Shown in pieces: positions 57,835 through 64,000 of a DNA stretch of 64,000 nt. This DNA comes from an uncultured Chloroflexia bacterium. Its GTDB lineage: Bacteria > Chloroflexota > Limnocylindria > Limnocylindrales > CSP1-4. The stretch is from NCBI GenBank assembly GCA_963722105.1, contig CAVRKQ010000004.1, forward strand, positions 101,759-165,758. Reading direction: 5' to 3'. Both the position numbers and the translations under genes were made by a program. How positions within the stretch are numbered: position 1 is the stretch's first letter; every line of letters begins with the position of its first letter. The notes beneath the pieces are model-generated. The model searched no databases, was not told the DNA's origin, and worked only from the letters and a program-made list of their open reading frames with translations.

Positions 57835-58821
57835 ATGGAGCAGCTGCCGGTTGCCGTCACCTCGCCTCGCCGCGGGCTCTCCGGGCTCCGCGGCCTGGCG
57901 AGACGAGGTGCCTGGTCTCGGATGTCTCCCCTGGCGCGCCGCGAGGCGCGCCAGGGGCTCCTCTTCGTCTCGCCCTGGATCATCGGGTTCATCGCCTTCA
58001 CCGCCCTGCCGATGATCGCGACGTTCGCGTTCACGTTCATGAACGTGACCCTCCGCCAGGAGGAGCCACTCAGGTTCGTGGGGCTGGACAACTACACGAC
58101 GCTCGGGCGCGACCCCCAGGTCTGGTCGTCCCTGTTCGTCACGTTCAAGTTCGCGGCGGTCTGGCTGCCGGTCTCGCTGATCGTGCCGTTCGCGGTGGCG
58201 CTCGGGCTCAACAGCCGGTACATCCGCGGCGCCGGCGCGATGCGAACGCTCTTCTTCGCTCCCTACGTCGTCCCGTTCGTCGCCGGCTGCCTGATCTGGA
58301 ACCAGATGCTGGGTCCCGGCGGCTGGTTCAACGAGGGCCTGCGGCTCCTCGGCTGGGCCAGCCCCCCGGATTGGTTCTACGACGAGCTCTGGATCTACCC
58401 GGGCTTCGCGATCATCGCCCTCTGGGGCATCGGGGCCGGGATCATCATCAACCTGGCCGGCCTCCGTGGTATCCCGACCGAGCTGTACGAGGCGGCTCGC
58501 ATCGATGGCGCCGGGGCCTGGAAGCAGCTCCGCCACGTGACCGTCCCGATGATGTCGCCGGTCCTCTTCTACACCCTGATTCTCGGCATCGTCGAGGTGC
58601 TCCAGTACTTCCTCGTGCCGCTCGTCCTCAAGAACGGCACCGGAGAGCCCGGCGGCTCGACGATGTTCTTCAACCTGAACATCTTCCGGACGTTCTTCAA
58701 CTTCCAGCAGATGTCCTACGGGGCAACGATGGCCTGGATGCTCTTCGTGATCACCCTCGTGGTCACCGTGGTCCTGTTCCGACTCTCGAGGCGGTACGTC
58801 TTCTACGCGGGCGAGCGGTGA
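57835..58821 (+). CDS. ABC-transporter permease (MalF/UgpA-type).
   Basis: Six TM helices and an EAA loop (EAARIDGAGAWKQLRHVTVPMMSP). Confidence 0.85.
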   Translation: MEQLPVAVTSPRRGLSGLRGLARRGAWSRMSPLARREARQGLLFVSPWIIGFIAFTALPMIATFAFTFMNVTLRQEEPLRFVGLDNYTTLGRDPQVWSSLFVTFKFAAVWLPVSLIVPFAVALGLNSRYIRGAGAMRTLFFAPYVVPFVAGCLIWNQMLGPGGWFNEGLRLLGWASPPDWFYDELWIYPGFAIIALWGIGAGIIINLAGLRGIPTELYEAARIDGAGAWKQLRHVTVPMMSPVLFYTLILGIVEVLQYFLVPLVLKNGTGEPGGSTMFFNLNIFRTFFNFQQMSYGATMAWMLFVITLVVTVVLFRLSRRYVFYAGER

Positions 58822-59906
58822 GGACCACGTGGTCGACGACCGGGATCACCGCGGTCGGCCGCCGCGGAGGTCGGCGCCGCACGCCGGCCGAGCTCACCCG
58901 GACAGGCCTGCTGACGACGCTCTACCTCGGGATCCTCCTGGTCTTCCTGTCGCCGCTCGCGTACAGCTTCCTGACCTCGGTCAAGACCGAGGCGCAGATG
59001 TCGCAGGCGAACTCGCCGATCCTGCCGTCCGACCCGCGGACGTTCGAGTGGGACGGGGAGTCCTACGACGTCTATTTCGTGCCGATGCCGGACGGCGCGA
59101 TTCGCGAGCTTGCGCTCGTCAAGAAGGGCCGCCAGAACAGCGACTTCATCGACCCGGCCAACCCGGACGCCGGCGTGATCGCCTGGCAGGGCTCGTGGCG
59201 GTCCCTTGCCCAACCGTGGGAGATCTCGCCCCATTTCGAGAACTACATCGATGTCTGGAACGCGATCGACTTCCCTCGGCACCTGGGGAACACCCTGATC
59301 CTGGCGATCGTGACGACCTTCGGGACGGTCCTCTCGTGCACGCTCGTTGCCTACGGGTTCGCGCGGTTCCGCTTCCCGGGCGGGCGGCGCTCTTCACGCT
59401 GGTCCTGTCGACGATCTTCCTGCCGGCTGCCGTCACGTTGATCCCGACGTATGCCGTGTTCGTGAAGCTCGGCTGGGTCGGCAGCTATCTGCCACTCCTC
59501 GTGCCGACGTTCTTCGCCAACGCCTACGACGTGTTCCTGCTGCGCCAGTACCTGATGACGATCCCCCGCGACCACGACGAGGCGGCGATGATCGACGGTG
59601 CCGGCCCCCTGCGGATCCTCCGCTCGGTCATCCTGCCGCAGGCCTGGCCCGTGATCGTCGCGGTCTCGATCTTCACGTTCGTCTATTCGTGGAACGACTA
59701 TTTCGGGCCGCTCGATCTACCTCGCCGGCCACGAGGACATGCAGCCGCTGCAGGTCGCGCTGTCCCACTTCCACAGCATCTACTTCTCGGAGTCGACGCT
59801 GATCCAGGCCGGCAACATCATGACCCTGGTCATCCCGGTGATCCTGTTCTTCATCTTCCAGCGGGTCTTCATCCGCGGCATCGTCATCACCGGCATCGAG
59901 AAATAG
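58818..59906 (+). CDS. ABC-transporter permease (MalG/UgpE-type). It has two frame changes, near 59390 and 59710. The GTG start overlaps the upstream TGA.
   Basis: (M)RTTWS...LLTTLYLGILLVFLSPLAYSFLTSVK... | ...FTLVLSTIFLPAAVTLIPTYAVFVKLGWVGSYLPLLVPTFFANAYDVFLLRQYLMTIPRDHDEAAMIDGAGPLRILRSVILPQAWPVIVAVSIFTFVYSWNDYFGPL | IYLAGHEDMQPLQVALSHF...VFIRGIVITGIEK. Confidence 0.7.
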
Positions 59907-59922
59907 GCGCAGATTCCCGGTC

Positions 59923-60573
59923 GTGACCTCTTCGGCGCCACCGTTCCGCGTCGCCCTGACGTTCGACGCCGAGCATCCCGATCGACCGGCCCGGGCAGGC
60001 AACGATCGACGCCTGCTCGATCTCCTCGCCCGGCTCGACGTCCGCGCCACGTTCTTCGTCCAGGGCCGCTGGGCCGAGGCGTATCCGGAGCTCGCGCGGC
60101 GGATCGCGACCGACGGCCACCTCGTCGGGCATCACTCGCACTACCACGTCCGGATGGTCGGCCTCTCCGGCCACGGCCTGAAGATCGACATCGCCCGCGG
60201 CGAGCAGGCGATCATCGAGGCGGCCGGCGTGGATCCCCACCCCTGGTTCCGTTGCCCGTTCGGGTCGGGAGACGATGATCGGCGCGTGCAGGCGGCGATC
60301 CGGGCGGCCGGCTACCGGCATGCCGGCTGGCACGTCGCGGCGGTCGACTGGGAGCCCGAGCGCTCGGCGCGGGACGTCGCGGCGACGGTCGTCGGAGGCG
60401 CGATCGCGCATGGCGATGGCGCGGTCGTGCTCCTGCACACCTGGCCGGACCCGGCCGTTGGCGCGCTGCCGGCGATCGTCCGGCGCTTGCGGGCGCGCGG
60501 TGCGACCTTCGTGCGGCTCGACGACCTGCCGGTACGGGCCGTGCCCAGGCGCGACGTTTCGGATGCGGCGTAG
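59923..60573 (+). CDS. CE4 polysaccharide deacetylase (NodB-homology domain).
   Basis: VALTFDAEHPD...ATFFVQGRWAEAYPELARRIATDGHLVGHHSHYHV...VLLHTWPD has the Asp-Asp / His-His metal-binding motifs. Confidence 0.8.
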   Translation: MTSSAPPFRVALTFDAEHPDRPARAGNDRRLLDLLARLDVRATFFVQGRWAEAYPELARRIATDGHLVGHHSHYHVRMVGLSGHGLKIDIARGEQAIIEAAGVDPHPWFRCPFGSGDDDRRVQAAIRAAGYRHAGWHVAAVDWEPERSARDVAATVVGGAIAHGDGAVVLLHTWPDPAVGALPAIVRRLRARGATFVRLDDLPVRAVPRRDVSDAA

Positions 60574-60589
60574 CGGCGTGACCCAAGGA

Positions 60590-61648
60590 ATGGGAGGCGC
60601 GGAGTCGCGACCGGCCGTGCTTGCGGTCGACGGCGGCAACTCCAAGGCGGATCTCGCCCTCGTGGCAGCCGACGGGACGCTGCTCGCGGCGGTCCGCGGC
60701 CCGACGATCTCGCACCAGGCCGTGGGGCTCGATCGGGGGATCGCGAACCTCGTGGCGCTTGCCGCAGAGGCGCGACGCGCTGCCGGAGGCCTCGGCGCGG
60801 CCCCCGACAACAAGAGGGAACCGACCAGGGGCGAACGGGGCGAGCCGATCGCGGCTGCCGCTGTCTACTCCCTCGCCGGCGCCGACTACCCCGAGGACGT
60901 CCGCCTGCTTCGCCGCTCGATCGAGGCCGCCGGCCTCGCGACCTCGACCACCGTCCTGAACGACACGTTTGGCGCGCTCCGTGCCGGCACCCACCGTCCG
61001 TGGGGTGTCGTGCTCATCTGCGGCCAGGGCAGCAACGCGGCCGCGGTCGCGCCGGATGGCCGATCGGCCCGGTTCGACGGCGTGGGCGAGTACTCCGGCG
61101 ACTGGGGTGGCGGCGGCTCGATCGGGCAGGCGGCGCTCGCGGCAGCCGTCCGCGGGCGCGACGGGCGGGGGCCCCGGACGACCCTCGAGCGGAGCGTCCC
61201 GGCGTCCTTCGGCCTCGCCTCGCCGCGAGCGTTGACGAAGGCTCTGTACGTCGGGCAGGTGGACCATCACCGCGTTTCCGAGCTGGCGCCGATGGTCTTC
61301 GAAGCCTCGCAGGGCGGCGACGCCGTCGCCCGGTCGATCATCGACCGCCTCGCCGACGAGCTGGTCGGCATGGCGAGCGCGCTCATCAGGCGGCTGCGGC
61401 TCGGTCGGCTCGATCCGGAGGTCGTGCTCGCCGGCGGCGTGTTTCGGACCAGGGATTCGACGTTCTACGACCGGCTCGAGCGCGGCATCCATGCCGCGGC
61501 GCCCGCAGCGCGGCTCGTGCGGCTTGCGGCGCCGCCGGTGCTCGGCGCCGCGCTGATCGGCCTGGACCGACTCGCGCCCGACGGGGCCGTCTCGCCGGAC
61601 GTGGATGCGCGCCTCCGCGGCGCGCTCGAGCGCTGGGACCCGCGTTGA
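60590..61648 (+). CDS. BadF/BadG/BcrA/BcrD-type ATPase, an N-acetylglucosamine-kinase-like sugar kinase.
   Basis: VLAVDGGNSKADLALVAADGTLLAAVRGPTISHQAVG is the N-terminal ASKHA phosphate-1 motif. ...VVLICGQGSNAAAVAPDG...LAGGVF. Confidence 0.7.
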   Translation: MGGAESRPAVLAVDGGNSKADLALVAADGTLLAAVRGPTISHQAVGLDRGIANLVALAAEARRAAGGLGAAPDNKREPTRGERGEPIAAAAVYSLAGADYPEDVRLLRRSIEAAGLATSTTVLNDTFGALRAGTHRPWGVVLICGQGSNAAAVAPDGRSARFDGVGEYSGDWGGGGSIGQAALAAAVRGRDGRGPRTTLERSVPASFGLASPRALTKALYVGQVDHHRVSELAPMVFEASQGGDAVARSIIDRLADELVGMASALIRRLRLGRLDPEVVLAGGVFRTRDSTFYDRLERGIHAAAPAARLVRLAAPPVLGAALIGLDRLAPDGAVSPDVDARLRGALERWDPR

Positions 61649-61694
61649 TCGACTCGGTAGCTGATCGACTCGGTAGCTGATCGAATCGGTGCCG
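61647..61694. repeat. Three tandem copies of a 16-bp unit (TGATCGACTCGGTAGC x2, TGATCGAATCGGTGCC). They overlap the kinase stop and precede a small hypothetical gene.
   Basis: Seen directly. Confidence 0.5.
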
Positions 61695-61757
61695 CGAGGC
61701 CGTCGACCCCGAACCTTGAGGCGAATCGGCTGCCGCCTCGGGCGCAGGATCGGTGCC

Positions 61758-62114
61758 ATGGCCCGATACGAGCTGAACGAGGCCGCGTTCGAGCATGCCC
61801 GCGACCTGATCGAGCGCCGCCAGTACATCCTGCGGAGCGACTGGGGCGAGCGCCAGCCCAGCGCGGTCGACCAGAACCGCTACCTCAAGACGCACGGCTG
61901 GGACGAGTACGCCCTTTGGCACCTCGGGCTCACCGAGGGCCGGACCGATGGCACGAAGGCCCGCTATGCCTTCGTCTACGGCGACCTCCGGCGGATCCAC
62001 CGGACCGGGATCATCGCGGTCCATTTCCGGGCCGCGGAGTGGCGGCACAAGGCCGTCGAGCTCGCGGCCCACGAGCTGCTGCAGCTCCTGGACAAGCGCG
62101 CCGGCATCGCCTGA
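61758..62114 (+). CDS. Hypothetical 118-aa protein.
   Basis: MARYELNEAAFEHARDLIERRQYILRSDWGERQPSAVDQNRYLKTHGWDEYALWHLGL... has a balanced, non-junk composition. Confidence 0.5.
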   Translation: MARYELNEAAFEHARDLIERRQYILRSDWGERQPSAVDQNRYLKTHGWDEYALWHLGLTEGRTDGTKARYAFVYGDLRRIHRTGIIAVHFRAAEWRHKAVELAAHELLQLLDKRAGIA

Positions 62115-62185
62115 GTCGGGTTCCCCCGGCGCCCGGCCTCCGGCGCCCCGGCCCGGCGCCCCGCCGAACCGCCGAACGGCGGTCG

Positions 62186-63484
62186 CTACCGGAAGTCGGA
62201 CGTGTCGACCGCCTCGAAGTCCGAGCCGTGGAGCTGGCCGAAGTCGTGGAGCTGGTCGTCGTCCCAGTTGGCGTGCGGCGCGCCGGTCACGTACATCGCC
62301 GAGCCGTTGTCCGCGAGGTACATGCCGTAGCGCTTGAGCGCCAGCAGGATCACCCGGGCCTGCGGCCCGAAGCCGGAGATGTCGACCGACGACTTGAGCC
62401 GGATTCGGAGCCCCATCGGCGGGTACGTCGAGCAGCTGTAGCTCCCGGCGTCGTGACGGGCCGGGTGGATGTGGCCGTCGCAGGTCCGCGGCGCCGTGAA
62501 CCGGAGCGCGTGGCGAATCACGCCGTCGGCGACCTCGTCGTAGCGAGCGAGCCCCGGCAGGATCGGCAGGCCCGCCGCATCGGCGCTGGTCCAGCCGTTC
62601 GGGCGCAGGGCGTTCGAGCGCAGGTTCCAGATCGCGCCCGAGTCCGCCTGCCACTCGCCGCCTGACTTCCGGGCGTTGAACAGCTCGTACAGGTCGCAGC
62701 CTTCGGTGTCCCACATGAGGATGTGGCGGTCCGAAGCGTTCTCGATCTTGGGGTTCGCCGGGATCGGGTAGGGACCGGCCTCCGACTCGTCGTCCCAGCG
62801 GAACGCGACGTCCGCCAGGGGGGTCGACCCGGTGACCTTGTTGAACGGGATCCCGTAGCCGACGCCGTCATTCCAGTCGGTCGAGCTGAAGTCCGGGTGG
62901 AGCTGCGCCGACAGCCCGATCGAGCCCATCAACGTGGCGGAGTCGGAGCGCACGGGCAGGTCGTCGATGCGGCGGTTCCAGACGTTGTCCGAGGGGAAGA
63001 GCGGGCAAGGCCCGGGGTTCGCTGTCGGCGCGGCGGTCGGGTGTGCGGTCGGCGCGGCGGTGGGCGCCGGCGTCGGCGACGTGGTGGGCTTCGGGGTCGG
63101 AGGAACGGTCGGATGGGTGGTCGGGCCCGCGATGGGGCCGAGGGTCGGGGCAGCTGTCGGGCCAACCGGCGGATTCGGTGTCCTGCCGGGCTTCTTCGTG
63201 GGCTTGGGACCGGCAGCTGAGTTCGGGTCGGTCGTCGCGCTGACCACGGCCTTGGCCGAGGGCGTCGGCACGGCAAGGACCTCGTCCCAGGTGCTGGAGC
63301 CGGGGATGGCGGTCGGCCCGACCGCCGCGAAGGTGGTCGGACCGGCCATCGATGAGGGCGGACCTCCGGGGTTTCCGGCCGCGGTCGTGTCGCTCCCGGG
63401 CTGCGTGCGCGGCACGAGCAGCGCCAGGAGCGGAACGACCATAACCGCAAGCACGAGCAGGGCTCGAGCCCCCCGACGATCCAT
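62186..63484 (-). CDS. Secreted protein. It has a signal/anchor, a long Pro/Thr/Ala linker and a ~260-aa C-terminal domain with 6 Cys. No recognised catalytic motif.
   Basis: MDRRGARALLVLAVMVVPLLALLVP... PTPKPTTSPTPAPTAAPTAHPTAAPTANP... then CPLFPSDNVWNRRIDDLPV...HILMWDTEGCDLYELFNARKSGGEWQADSGAIWNLRSNALRPNGWTSADAAGLPILPGLARYDEV... Confidence 0.65.
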   Translation of the reverse strand: MDRRGARALLVLAVMVVPLLALLVPRTQPGSDTTAAGNPGGPPSSMAGPTTFAAVGPTAIPGSSTWDEVLAVPTPSAKAVVSATTDPNSAAGPKPTKKPGRTPNPPVGPTAAPTLGPIAGPTTHPTVPPTPKPTTSPTPAPTAAPTAHPTAAPTANPGPCPLFPSDNVWNRRIDDLPVRSDSATLMGSIGLSAQLHPDFSSTDWNDGVGYGIPFNKVTGSTPLADVAFRWDDESEAGPYPIPANPKIENASDRHILMWDTEGCDLYELFNARKSGGEWQADSGAIWNLRSNALRPNGWTSADAAGLPILPGLARYDEVADGVIRHALRFTAPRTCDGHIHPARHDAGSYSCSTYPPMGLRIRLKSSVDISGFGPQARVILLALKRYGMYLADNGSAMYVTGAPHANWDDDQLHDFGQLHGSDFEAVDTSDFR

Positions 63485-63694
63485 GCCGGGCAGGGTCGGC
63501 GCTGGCGGGTGGCGTTGTCGATGGCGAAGTGGTCAGGGGCCCGGTGCCGTCCGGCACCGCGGACCCGACGCGTCAGGCCCGCGGGCTCGCCGATTCCACT
63601 CTCGCAAGCCAACCAGCCTGCCTCTCGTGTTTCCCAGTCACGAACCTGGCGGATACCTCGCGCACATCGGCGATCGGGCGACCCCGCCGGAGGT

Positions 63695-63848
63695 GTTCAT
63701 GTCTGTGAGACACGAACCAGCCCCCTGAGGTGCTCGATCCCCTTGTTCGAGGCGCCGATCGTGTCTGTGGCGCACGGCACCTGCGCCAACACCGTCAAAT
63801 CGCCGTTCCTTGGGCTCCTCGCGCCAGATTCGTGTCCCGTAGACATGC
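63695..63848. promoter_or_regulatory. Cluster of three palindromic sites of the TTCGTGTC..GACACGAA family (GTTCATGTCTGTGAGACACGAAC at 63695, ATCGTGTCTGTGGCGCACGG at 63758, ATTCGTGTCCCGTAGACATGC at 63828). They lie upstream of the secreted-protein gene or of a gene beyond the window end.
   Basis: Seen directly. Same core as the sites at 45464 and 45600. Confidence 0.4.
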
Positions 63849-64000
63849 AGGAGGCGGCGACTGGACCCCGTGCCGACTGGACCCGGTGGCGAGCTGGTCA
63901 GCCGGGTGCGGGCTCCGGCGGGCTCGCCGATTCCGTGGGAGCCGCGACCGCCGGCGCGGGGTCGTCGCCGATCTGCATTCGTCGCCACGGCAGGATGACG

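Noticed and set aside
1-64000. Search for CRISPR arrays, tRNA/rRNA genes, IS elements/transposases, integrases and prophage genes.
   Set aside because: Nothing of these kinds was found. The only tandem repeat is the 3 x 16 bp unit at 61647. No translated frame shows DDE/HUH/tyrosine-recombinase motifs. No intergenic region is long enough or shaped like a tRNA.

Overview
The window is a 64 kb, very GC-rich segment that looks like Actinomycetota chromosome. Markers include an F420-type LLM oxidoreductase, a deazaflavin nitroreductase, VapBC pairs, CspA-type csp genes, a GlsB protein and an ECF sigma/anti-sigma pair. The lineage call is low confidence. About 60 genes are supported.

Main content:
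- cNMP/c-di-GMP signalling: two class-III cyclases, a REC-EAL response regulator, a Crp/Fnr regulator and a large ATPase-LuxR regulator.
- Two paralogous csp + GT4 glycosyltransferase modules. The first continues into a GT4 / (alpha/alpha)6-hydrolase-like / GH130 operon.
- A GntR-controlled sugar-uptake locus: GH4, ABC transporter, CE4 deacetylase and a BadF-type kinase.
- acdS (ACC deaminase), ferritin, two VapBC toxin-antitoxin pairs, a TetR/nitroreductase divergent pair, a Na+/H+ antiporter and several lipoproteins/secreted proteins.
- No rRNA, tRNA, CRISPR, transposase or integrase was seen.

Two caveats apply throughout. Most long ORFs in the six-frame track are antisense or alternate-frame artefacts of the high GC. 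At least a dozen genes need one to three frame changes to be read through, usually at G/C runs, so these are probably consensus indel errors rather than true pseudogenes.

The most unusual element is a visibly lower-GC island at about 22.2-25.4 kb. It encodes a eukaryotic-type (canonical) poly(ADP-ribose) glycohydrolase-like macro-domain protein. Its catalytic loop is degenerate and it carries an in-frame amber codon. Upstream, co-oriented, are two uncharacterised proteins of about 393 aa and about 320 aa. This is a candidate for a horizontally acquired, undescribed ADP-ribose-processing system.

Other notable signals are a pair of envelope proteins sharing an N-terminal domain but carrying unrelated repeat arrays, and a palindromic motif (TTCGTGTCT..AGACACGAA) recurring at two distant intergenic loci.
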